64,000 nt of DNA, from NCBI GenBank assembly GCA_963824385.1, contig CAWGPD010000003.1, positions 96,001 to 160,000 of the forward strand. The letters run 5' to 3'. The position numbers were made by a program, and so were the translations under genes. Position 1 is the first letter of the stretch. Each line of letters begins with the position of its first letter. Of this stretch, positions 39,308 through 47,724 are shown in pieces. This DNA is from an uncultured Nitrososphaerota archaeon. Lineage in GTDB: Archaea; Thermoproteota; Nitrososphaeria; Nitrososphaerales; Nitrosopumilaceae. The notes under the pieces were generated by a model, which was not told where the DNA came from, made no database searches, and saw only the letters and a list, made by a program, of their open reading frames with translations.

Positions 39308-39914
39308 ATGGTAAGTCAGGAATCTCATCAAGACGGTGTTACAAGAAGAGACTTTCTTAAACTGCTTACACTGGAAGTGTTGCTTTAACCTTTACACCAT
39401 TTGTTCCTTGGGGAAAATTTATGCCAAATCCTTCCAATGTTTCTTTGGAGAGAGCCCAGGTAATACTGCCAGATGGAACACAGGCAAATATCAAGACTTT
39501 TCCAAAAAATCACTCTGAGGTTATTACTTATCCAAAATCAGGAGATGCAGTTTTAGATCAAGAGGCATTTAAAAAATGGCAGTTTGTTAGATTGCCAGAA
39601 GAACTTGGTGGTGGCATTAGATGACACAAGTGCTTTTCGAGCATACAGCATGGTTTGTTTACATTTATGGTATTTATGGAAATACTGGCCACAAGAAGGA
39701 AGGAAGAGAGGAGAATGCCCATGTCATGGAAGTATGTATAGCATGTTAAACGGCAAGGCCTTTGCAGGACCAGCTTCTCTTCAGCTCTCCATCCAATGTA
39801 TTGCCTTATCTTTACCTTGAAACTGACAATGATGGGGATTTATGGATAAAACCTGCAGTATGGGACGTCAATGAGAATGGTATAGTTGGATACGGACGTT
39901 TTCTTAAAAAGTAG
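39308..39914 (+). pseudogene. Tat-exported Rieske 2Fe-2S protein with three frameshifts
   Basis: MVSQESHQDGVTRRDFLK; CLHLWYLW and ECPCHGS; ends GIVGYGRFLKK. Breaks near 39371, 39618 and 39785. Confidence 0.75.
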
Positions 39915-39957
39915 AAAATACATTTTCGTAGATTTTGAAAATATTTCTATCAGAAGT

Positions 39958-40506
39958 CTAGTGTACCATTTTAATCAGCCAATGCATGAAATTGGTCCCC
40001 AAAAATACTATGACTGCAGCTTTTACTGTTTTACCAGTTGTCATTGCAATTGTGTACCTCTGAATATTGTATCGTTTGACTCCAGCTATTATTGATATGA
40101 CATCTCCAAATATGGGAATCCATGGGGAGAGAAAAATTATTGTAAACCACCCGTATTTTGTCATCAAGCCAACACTTTTTTTCTCATTTTCTTTTTCAGG
40201 AGTCTTTCTGAGTTTTTTTAACAGTCTTCCATTATAGCCAATGTAATATGCGATATATCCGCCAATTATGGAGCCAATAGTAGATACCAAAAACACGTCA
40301 AGTGGATTTATTCCTTGTAGTAATAATGCAGAAATGGTAAGTTCTGTTGGAATCGGAATGAAACTTGAGAACATTGCATTAAAAAATAATCCCAACAGTC
40401 CAAATTTTATAAATATTGAATCATGTAATGAAGAACTTGTGAATTTATGCAACATTGTAGAATTTTGAATAAAAAGTTCAGTCATCATCTGTATGAATAA
40501 CCACAA
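39958..40506 (-). CDS. DedA/VTT (YqaA-like) membrane protein
   Basis: FIPIPTE, GSIIGGYIAYYIG, PWIPIFGDVISIIAG, GKTVK. Confidence 0.88.
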   Translation of the reverse strand: MWLFIQMMTELFIQNSTMLHKFTSSSLHDSIFIKFGLLGLFFNAMFSSFIPIPTELTISALLLQGINPLDVFLVSTIGSIIGGYIAYYIGYNGRLLKKLRKTPEKENEKKSVGLMTKYGWFTIIFLSPWIPIFGDVISIIAGVKRYNIQRYTIAMTTGKTVKAAVIVFLGTNFMHWLIKMVH

Positions 40507-40705
40507 GGATTATCTAATCTATCTCCTAATTATATATGCAAAATAATAGAATATTCATTTTATAGCTACGAAATTTCTCTACGATTTAACAATTCTAGCA
40601 CACTTGTCTAAATGAACTCATTCCTGTTTGCATCTTGAAAGTAATTTTTGTCATCAACTGATGTTTGTTTTAGTTGATTGCTTCACATTTCTTAATAATT
40701 AATTA

Positions 40706-41152
40706 TTGGTAATGGTTAACATGTTAAAACTTTCTGCAACAAATTATTCAATGTTTGAACAAAATAATAGAAATGAATTTTTATCACAAATTACATCTCT
40801 TTTGGATGCAGGATCTGAATATATTGGAATTATTAGTAAAAATGGAAGATTAAAAGAAGTATTTCGCAAAGAAAGTGACTTGAATTTAACCGAAGATGAA
40901 AAGGAAATGTTCTTCATGTCACTACAACTACATATCACACTGCAGAGTGATTTTGATGGCAAACTTGGGTCGATAAACTATCTGCTAATCAAAAGGCAAA
41001 ACTCTAGATTTGTGTTAACTCCTACATCTGAAGGATTCATTCTGGTAAAACTGAATAAATTAGCAGATCCATTTTTAATTATAAATAAAATTCCGGGAAT
41101 CCTGGATTCTTACAAACAATTTCTTGAAACAAGTATGGGAGTTTGTCCCTGA
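40706..41152 (+). CDS. Roadblock/profilin-like protein (DUF6659-type)
   Basis: YIGIISKNGRL, KEMFFMSLQL, DFDGKLGSINY. Confidence 0.8.
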   Translation: MVMVNMLKLSATNYSMFEQNNRNEFLSQITSLLDAGSEYIGIISKNGRLKEVFRKESDLNLTEDEKEMFFMSLQLHITLQSDFDGKLGSINYLLIKRQNSRFVLTPTSEGFILVKLNKLADPFLIINKIPGILDSYKQFLETSMGVCP

Positions 41153-41355
41153 TGAATATTTATGATAAAAAGTCGGTTCGTTGTTCTCAGTGTGATAGAT
41201 TCATAGGTGAAATTGATGCTGATGCAGTTGTAGTTTTACCAAAATGCGGTAGATGCGCAAATCCAATGCCTGAAGGGGATGACAAGATACAATACATTGT
41301 AAGCAAGTTTAATCCAAATCCTAAAAGTCTAGTACCTATAGATTCTGTCACTTGA
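41143..41355 (+). CDS. Zinc-ribbon protein
   Basis: MNIYDKKSVRCSQCDRFIGEID...PKCGRCANPMPEGDDK. Confidence 0.8.
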   Translation: MSLMNIYDKKSVRCSQCDRFIGEIDADAVVVLPKCGRCANPMPEGDDKIQYIVSKFNPNPKSLVPIDSVT

Positions 41356-41454
41356 TTTTTGAGAAATGCAAAATAGATCTATTTTCTACAGTTATTATCT
41401 AGTCATTAAAATAATTGTAATTTTGTATCTAATTGATTTCATACCCTGTATGGT

Positions 41455-41754
41455 GTGATAAATGAATTGAAACTACAAAGACATGAACGCCGAAATAAAC
41501 TAGAACTCCATTATAGTATATTACATTCAATAATAAAGGAAAGTAAGAGTGTAGATTTTATAAGACCAACTAGAATTCAATTTCTAAGTAATTTGTCATA
41601 TGATACCATGTCAAACCATCTACAGGACCTAAAAGAAAAGAAGTTGATAAATCACTCCAAGGGAATTACCATTACAAAGAAAGGAGAACAATTTGTAAAA
41701 GATTATGAAATAATACAAAAATTAATCAAGCAAATAAGTATTGATTATCTTTAA
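41455..41754 (+). CDS. Archaeal winged-helix protein
   Basis: RRNKLELHYSIL, TRIQFLSNLSY, ITKKGEQF. Confidence 0.82.
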   Translation: MINELKLQRHERRNKLELHYSILHSIIKESKSVDFIRPTRIQFLSNLSYDTMSNHLQDLKEKKLINHSKGITITKKGEQFVKDYEIIQKLIKQISIDYL

Positions 41755-41817
41755 ACTAACAGACATTCACAGTTTATCGCTAAAGTATCATGTTATTAAT
41801 GCTAATTTTGATAACAA

Positions 41818-42216
41818 TCAAGAAGAAACCAGAATTAGATATACAAGCACTATGACTCCAAAGATGACAAGACCGATACTTGCTATGTACATAATGGAAT
41901 GTCTTGGTATGTATCTGCCTACTTCAATATCCTTCTGAGCTTTGAGATAATTTATCAGTGCATAAATTATCAATAAAATTCCAAGACCAATCATACTCAT
42001 ACCCAGTATGGTTGATGATGACTGTGTTGGCAAGTTAGTTGGAATTGTTTGATTTTTTGTTATAATGCTAAATTCTCTAAGAAATAGACTAAATCTTGCA
42101 ACTACAAAACCCAATCCCATGAGGGCTATGCACGTGCGTAACCATGCAAGAAAGGTACGCTCATTTGCAAAGTGTTGCGTAGAATGGTCTGGTTTTTTAT
42201 CTTCAGATGACAACAT
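41818..42216 (-). CDS. YidH/DUF202 membrane protein
   Basis: HFANERTFLAWLRT. Confidence 0.92.
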   Translation of the reverse strand: MLSSEDKKPDHSTQHFANERTFLAWLRTCIALMGLGFVVARFSLFLREFSIITKNQTIPTNLPTQSSSTILGMSMIGLGILLIIYALINYLKAQKDIEVGRYIPRHSIMYIASIGLVIFGVIVLVYLILVSS

Positions 42217-42359
42217 ATGGAACTAATATTTTGAACCTATAAGGTTTAGTTTTCATTTTTAAACTTTTAATGAGTAGGTCAAATAGAATTTATTCTCCAA
42301 CAAATCATGTCATCATAATTCAAGTTATGGCAAAAAATTTACCCACTGGTGTGTAAATG

Positions 42360-42394
42360 AAACAGGAAAAGGAGTTTGTAAGTCTTACAGGATA
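42360..42394 (+). repeat. Copy of the dispersed boundary motif with purine-rich leader
   Basis: AGGAAAAGGAGTTTGTA-AGTC-TTACAG-GATA. Confidence 0.65.
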
Positions 42395-42458
42395 TAACAG
42401 CTTTATGAAAACTCTGAAAATAGAATAAAGTATAAATTTATTGAAACAAAATCAATGC

Positions 42459-43038
42459 ATGGTAAAACCAAAAATTCTTGCATTTGCAGGAAGTACCCGG
42501 GTTGATTCATTTAATAAAAAACTAGTCAAAATTGCAGCTGCTGGTGCAGTCAAAGGCGGTGCAGATGTTACTGTGATTGATCTTCGAGACTTTGCCATGC
42601 CACTTTATGATGGTGATTTGGAACAACAAGAAGGACTTCCTTCTAATGCACGCAAACTAAAGGACCTGATGTTGTCACACCAAGGATTCTTAATTTCATC
42701 ACCAGAGTATAACAGACTCAATATCTGGTGTTCTAAAAAATACAATTGATTGGACATCTAGGCAATCCCAAGGAGAGGAATCTTTGGCATGTTTCAAGGG
42801 CAAAGTCGCAGGAATAATGAGTGCCTCTCCTGGAGGGCTAGGAGGTCTTCGTGGATTGGTTCACGTACGTGCAATTCTTGAAAATATCAGTGTTCTTGTA
42901 ATTCCAGAACAGACTGCAATAAGTAAAGCACACGAAGTCTTCAATACTGACGGTACTCTAAAGGACAAAAAACAAGAGGACCAAGTAAAAAAGATTGGTG
43001 CTAATGTTGCCAAGTTATTGCTAAAATTAACTGCTTGA
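42459..43038 (+). CDS. NADPH-dependent FMN reductase (extra A at about 42716)
   Basis: LAFAGSTR, PLYDGD, SPEYN(S)SISGVLKNTIDW, SASPGGLGG. Confidence 0.9.
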
Positions 43039-43080
43039 GATATTTTAAATTAAAAGCAATTTAGATATAAAAATACAGGT

Positions 43081-43128
43081 AAGAAATAAAAATTTCCAAG
43101 GCGTTTTGTAGCAAGTCTTACAGGATTC
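43081..43128 (+). repeat. Copy of the dispersed boundary motif
   Basis: AAGAAATAAA...GTTTTGTAGCA-AGTC-TTACAG-GATT. Confidence 0.65.
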
Positions 43129-43198
43129 AAATTTTATGATGGGGAAAAGTTCGGTATTGGCATTCAAGGCAATAACAAATGGCTAACCTTAATACAAA

Positions 43199-43370
43199 AT
43201 GCTAGTAGAGGATCGTAACGAAAAATCATATCTGTCCTCGTTGCAGGAAAGAATCTAAATGTCTTAATCCTGAATGTGATGATTATACGTTAAGGTATGA
43301 ATGGTGTCCTAATTGTAGGATCAAGCTTACTAGATACTTGACAGGATGGAATGTAATATCCATAATTTGA
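43199..43370 (+). CDS. Zinc-finger micro-protein (needs one A removed in the run at about 43221)
   Basis: NHICPRCRKESKCLNPEC...WCPNCRIK. Confidence 0.5.
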
Positions 43371-43571
43371 AACTGACTAGATAAAAAAAATTGCAGACTC
43401 GTTCAATTCGGCTCATGCTCTAAGGTTTTACCCTTAGAACACGAAACCGTTTCGTGTTAGTATAGAGTCTGCATAATACATTACGTAATTTGGATTCAAA
43501 AGGTTCTGTTTGTTTAGTTTGAAATAATGTAAGTAGAGAAATATTATAAGAACGTAAGAAAATAGACTGTA

Positions 43572-43856
43572 ATGAGTACTAACTTAAATCAAAACGAGAT
43601 CGCTTTGATCTCATGTATTGAAGTAGTTTTAATGAGAAAAGGTAATGTCAATTATAATCTAGTACTAGCTAGACTAAATGCTCTTTATGGGTGCAAGATG
43701 ATGGATTGCTATGAACACCCCGAATATTTGAAAACTGTCCTAAAGGAGGTGTATGAAGAAAATTATAATTCAATTATAATTGAAATCAAAATGGAATTGG
43801 GTAATTTAGACGCGGAAGAAATAAGTGATTTTATCAATATCATGTTAAAACCATAA
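43572..43856 (+). CDS. Stand-alone NitrOD5-like protein
   Basis: ALISCIEVVLMRKG...LNALYGCKMMDCYEHPEYLKTVLKEVY. Confidence 0.75.
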   Translation: MSTNLNQNEIALISCIEVVLMRKGNVNYNLVLARLNALYGCKMMDCYEHPEYLKTVLKEVYEENYNSIIIEIKMELGNLDAEEISDFINIMLKP

Positions 43857-43867
43857 CATTATACAAT

Positions 43868-43909
43868 AAAAAATTAAGGAAAGGAGTTGTAACGAGTCTT
43901 ATATGGATT
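43868..43909 (+). repeat. Copy of the dispersed boundary motif
   Basis: AAAAATTAAGGAAAGGAGTTGTAACG-AGTC-TTATATG-GATT. Confidence 0.6.
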
Positions 43910-43967
43910 ATCTTCATAGTGACAAAGATTGATAATTACCTTGAAGATTAAATTGATATAAAATTAA

Positions 43968-44255
43968 GTGATAAACATGAACTCAAACCGCAAAAAAACG
44001 ATCAACATATTTGCAATTGGAATAATATTGTTGGTTGCAGTTCCTGAAGTTGTAGGACATTCTCTTTTTGACAAGCCCCATCCTGAAAACTCTTCAGTTG
44101 TTGCCGCAAAGGCCTTTGCAAGCAAGCTTGTAACTAGTCCAGATGCTAGTTCACTATGTCAGATTCAAATTGAGAACGATCCGCCTGGTGCCAAAATTGC
44201 ACGAGTAGCAGGTCTTTATGGACAGTATGGAAATTTTACCTGTAAAACCACATGA
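43968..44255 (+). CDS. Small exported protein
   Basis: 95 aa, signal peptide, two Cys. Confidence 0.6.
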   Translation: MINMNSNRKKTINIFAIGIILLVAVPEVVGHSLFDKPHPENSSVVAAKAFASKLVTSPDASSLCQIQIENDPPGAKIARVAGLYGQYGNFTCKTT

Positions 44256-44317
44256 TTGTTAAAACAAGTTATCTATTTTTAAAATAAAAATATTTGAGGA
44301 AATTCTCTTTTTGAGAA

Positions 44318-45010
44318 TTAGCCTGTTCCAGTACTTGATTTGCATGCAGCCAAAGCGTCGTAGTAAGTAACCTCTTCTCCGTTAATAGTACCATAGTAAG
44401 CTGCCCATGCCTGACCGATGCTTGTCCACATTGTCTCTCTAACTGCTTCGATATTTGCATCCCTTGTAGCAGCTGCACCCCAAATAGAGTGTGCTCTCTC
44501 AGTGGCTTCTTGGTATATCGTTACATAATAGTGAGAGTATGTTGCATCAACGGTATTTGCATGTTGTATTCTATCTGCAGCAATCTTGGCAGGATCTCCC
44601 TTGTCTGCTGCAACTGCAGTCTTCAAGGTCTGTGCGGCTGTTGTTAGATTACTTTTTGCCGATGTGAGATTTGCTTGCTGTTGAGTTTTGTACAAAGACT
44701 GTGCTGCTTGTGCAGCTTGTTGATAGTCTGTCCTGTATTGCTGCTCTGATGTTTGCTCTGTTTGTTTTATCTGCTGTATTGCAGAATCTCGAGCTTGCTT
44801 TGCACTTTGTACTGCTGAGTCGTAGGTCTGTTTTGCATCCGACATACAACTATTGGTAGCCGAATTTGGACTAGTACTGTTAGATGTCTGTGCGGCTGCA
44901 AAATCTAGATGGGCTGTAAAACCAAATAGCAATATGAAAATTATACTTCCAGCTATTGTAGTCTTGAACCCTATTCCTGACTTGCTTTGTTTATCCGATT
45001 TAGAATTCAT
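44318..45010 (-). CDS. Secreted Ala/Gln-rich helical repeat protein
   Basis: Signal peptide; AKQTYDSAVQSAKQARDSAIQQ; resembles 37201..38170. Confidence 0.78.
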   Translation of the reverse strand: MNSKSDKQSKSGIGFKTTIAGSIIFILLFGFTAHLDFAAAQTSNSTSPNSATNSCMSDAKQTYDSAVQSAKQARDSAIQQIKQTEQTSEQQYRTDYQQAAQAAQSLYKTQQQANLTSAKSNLTTAAQTLKTAVAADKGDPAKIAADRIQHANTVDATYSHYYVTIYQEATERAHSIWGAAATRDANIEAVRETMWTSIGQAWAAYYGTINGEEVTYYDALAACKSSTGTG

Positions 45011-45111
45011 GTAATTTATTTTTAAAAAAATTATATATAAGGAATGCGCTGTATTGATACGAAATTACATTGTGAAACAAGTTTTAAATATTATATTTAC
45101 ACGGAATTTTT

Positions 45112-45507
45112 ATGCATTTAAGAACTGTATTATTTACAATGGCAATAATTACCTTTACTACTCTTGCTTTTACAAATATTTCTACATCTATACCGTTTGT
45201 TACCATTCCAGCATATGCGCAACAAACTCCTGGCACAAGTCTACCAAATCCTGCAGACTTGGGTCTTCCAGCTGACAACTCGTCAAGTTCTAGCGCATCA
45301 TCTGACAACTCGACAGACTTGAATGCTCTTTCACCAAGTACTGCAGACTTGGGTGCGGTAAGTACCAATTCAACAAATCCTGCATATACTCAAACAACTC
45401 AGAGTGCAACCGTGCCAGAATTTGGTCCAGTCTCATTGGCAGTACTTGTTGTTTCTGTAATGTCAATCATAATTGTCTCAGCAAGAACAAGATTGAGATT
45501 CTCCTAA
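45112..45507 (+). CDS. Small Ser/Thr-rich PEFG-CTERM protein
   Basis: AYAQ signal, repeated ADLG, VPEFG + TM + RTR. Confidence 0.85.
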   Translation: MHLRTVLFTMAIITFTTLAFTNISTSIPFVTIPAYAQQTPGTSLPNPADLGLPADNSSSSSASSDNSTDLNALSPSTADLGAVSTNSTNPAYTQTTQSATVPEFGPVSLAVLVVSVMSIIIVSARTRLRFS

Positions 45508-45531
45508 TTTTGGACTAGAGAATCTTGAAAT

Positions 45532-45572
45532 AAGAAATTAAGGAAAAAAGTTTTGCAAAGTCTTTCAGGACA
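45532..45572 (+). repeat. Copy of the dispersed boundary motif
   Basis: AAGAAATTAAGGAAAAAAGTTTTGCAA-AGTC-TTTCAG-GACA. Confidence 0.65.
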
Positions 45573-45621
45573 TTTATGGGAATCTATTCAAAAAACTCAG
45601 TAAATATATGATGGATGATTC

Positions 45622-46059
45622 TTAGCTTTCATCATCAACAATCATTGCTTTTGCCATTGTGCGGAATTTGATAGCTGAAAACCCTTCAACTTCTGTAATT
45701 AATGCCTGTACCGTAAATGGCTTGTTCACTATTCGAGCATTCTCTGGGAGTTGACCGAGTTTTTTTAATACATCAAGACCATTGCCTGTTATGAATACCA
45801 TTTTTTGTTTTGGATTTATTTTTTGAATCTCTTTTGCAGTCTCAATCCCATCCATTCCTAGCATATTTTGGTCGAGTATGACAAGATCAAAATGTTGTTT
45901 AATTTTTCCATCAAACTGTTTTGTGTATTGTTTGTATGCTCTGTAACACTCTATACCATTAGTTGTTATCATCACCTCATGACCCCTTCCCTCTAATACC
46001 ATGCGATACGCGTTGACAAGTTCATAGTTGTCTTCTGCAATCAGTATCTTTAGAGTCAT
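45622..46059 (-). CDS. Stand-alone response regulator receiver
   Basis: LIAEDN, ILDQNMLGMDG, FITG, NKPF. Confidence 0.9.
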   Translation of the reverse strand: MTLKILIAEDNYELVNAYRMVLEGRGHEVMITTNGIECYRAYKQYTKQFDGKIKQHFDLVILDQNMLGMDGIETAKEIQKINPKQKMVFITGNGLDVLKKLGQLPENARIVNKPFTVQALITEVEGFSAIKFRTMAKAMIVDDES

Positions 46060-46233
46060 TTTTATCTACTACAATAAAGAAAATGTCTGGCTGATTAATC
46101 ACCAGTGTGTTTATGTTAAACAATCTTACTTGTTTTAAAAATATGATGTCTCTGATACCTACATATCTTATAGATATTTGCAAAATGCTAGTTTGGGAGG
46201 ATTTGTTATATCTTAGTTAATGATTAAACTCTC

Positions 46234-46729
46234 ATGGGATATCTGAAGATAACTCCTGAATTGCGTAGTGCATTGGGAGAAACATATTGCAAGGAATATT
46301 GCATACAGAACGGTTGGGCATATGCATCCTTAGAACGAGATCTCAAAAAACCCAATTCATAAAAACAAGTTAGAATTCAGTTATGGTTCTAAGAGAATAC
46401 TTGTCAAGATTCCTTTAGAAATTCAAAAAGAGATTACAGCAATTGCAAAATCTCACAGCAAGAAAGAAGAAAATCCTTCATTTGCATACGACTTTTTGGC
46501 TTGCAAGAGATATGAAAGTAAAGATCCGCGAAACTTGGTAGACAGAAAACCTGAAGACTTTAGATGGATTGAAATTAAAACGGGATACGGAAAACTTGCT
46601 AGAAAGCAATTTGAGACTCCCAAGAAAAACAAGATTTCATTGTTTAGATGCCGTGTTGTAAATGTACATGCACTTCCAGAGGAAGTCAAAGTCTACTTGG
46701 ATGAAGTAAGTGAATCATGTTTGATATGA
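46234..46729 (+). CDS. PD-(D/E)xK nuclease-like protein, frameshift at about 46337
   Basis: Joined ORF MGYLKITPELRSALGETY...FAYDFLAC...WIEIKTGYGKLARKQ. Confidence 0.6.
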
Positions 46730-46990
46730 CTTGAAGAAACAGTCTCCAGTACATCCTTTTTGAATTTATCACAGATCGCAATCTGACCCCATTCTTTATA
46801 GCACGGAAAAAAGAGGTTATTTTGAATGCCTTTTGATATAGACCAGACAATGCTTGTCTACCTTGCAATGATTACAGCTGGCATATTCTTATTTCCTATA
46901 GAATCAAGTCCGCCCTATTATTTGGTCATAGGTATTGGATTGATTGTAGTAGGTGGAATATTGGTTGTTCGTAAATCACGAAAGAAGGAA

Positions 46991-47353
46991 CTAGGAACGA
47001 AACTTTGATTGTGTCTTTAGTTTTTCTGTCAAGCTAGTAAATATCTCATTGTGGGAGACATCTGAGAAATTAACAGTTCCACCCTCGCGGATTATCTGTT
47101 TGTCAAACTTTTCCTTGACTGCAAATGTTACTGATGAATAATGAATTCGTCCTTTTAGTTTCTCTTGAACCATGGCATCAGTATCAGGAAATGTTGCAAA
47201 ATGAAATGCTATTCCTCCTGCCCATAGTATGGTAGGTATACCACCACCGCCAGACCTTGCACCTGCTATAATCTGTGTAATCCAGTCTTCGAATTTTTGT
47301 TCCAATACTTCATGAATGACAAGCTGCTTCCATGGCTCGATAATAATTTCCAA
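46991..47353 (-). CDS. Conserved archaeal hypothetical protein
   Basis: EPWKQLVIHE, LWAGGIAF, GRIHYSSVTFA. Confidence 0.8.
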   Translation of the reverse strand: MEIIIEPWKQLVIHEVLEQKFEDWITQIIAGARSGGGGIPTILWAGGIAFHFATFPDTDAMVQEKLKGRIHYSSVTFAVKEKFDKQIIREGGTVNFSDVSHNEIFTSLTEKLKTQSKFRS

Positions 47354-47487
47354 ATGTAACTAAAAATCACGCCCAAGTTTTATTTAAGGAACCATGCATG
47401 TAATGACAGGCGATCTGGCAAAATCTAGCCGTCTTAAAGATGGATTTAAATACTATTCTGTTTTTTTGTTGATTAGGTAATTTAGAT

Positions 47488-47589
47488 ATGCAAGATTGGA
47501 GTCAAGCGGGCGTATACATACCATTGATGGTAGGATTGATACCTGGATTCATTTACTGGTGTGTAATTACCGCACGAAAACACAAGTAA
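47488..47589 (+). CDS. Single-TM micro-protein (33 aa)
   Basis: MQDWSQAGVYIPLMVGLIPGFIYWCVITARKHK; TTTAAATA box upstream, T-tract downstream. Confidence 0.55.
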   Translation: MQDWSQAGVYIPLMVGLIPGFIYWCVITARKHK

Positions 47590-47724
47590 ATCAACAAAAT
47601 CTTTTATCTTCTTTTTATAATTATGAAGATCCTAACGCAAAGTTAGTAGAACCTTCTATACTAGGTTGTATAGATTATGAATGCAGTACATGATTAATGC
47701 CTTGACGGCATTAAAAAGGAAGGT

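Noticed and set aside
12795..45572. Dispersed motif as a CRISPR array
   Set aside because: Copies are degenerate and separated by hundreds to thousands of bases of genes; no regular spacers and no cas genes.
11810..46800. Provirus or integrative element at tRNA-Ala
   Set aside because: No integrase, capsid, packaging or replication genes recognised, and I found no duplicated tRNA 3' end.
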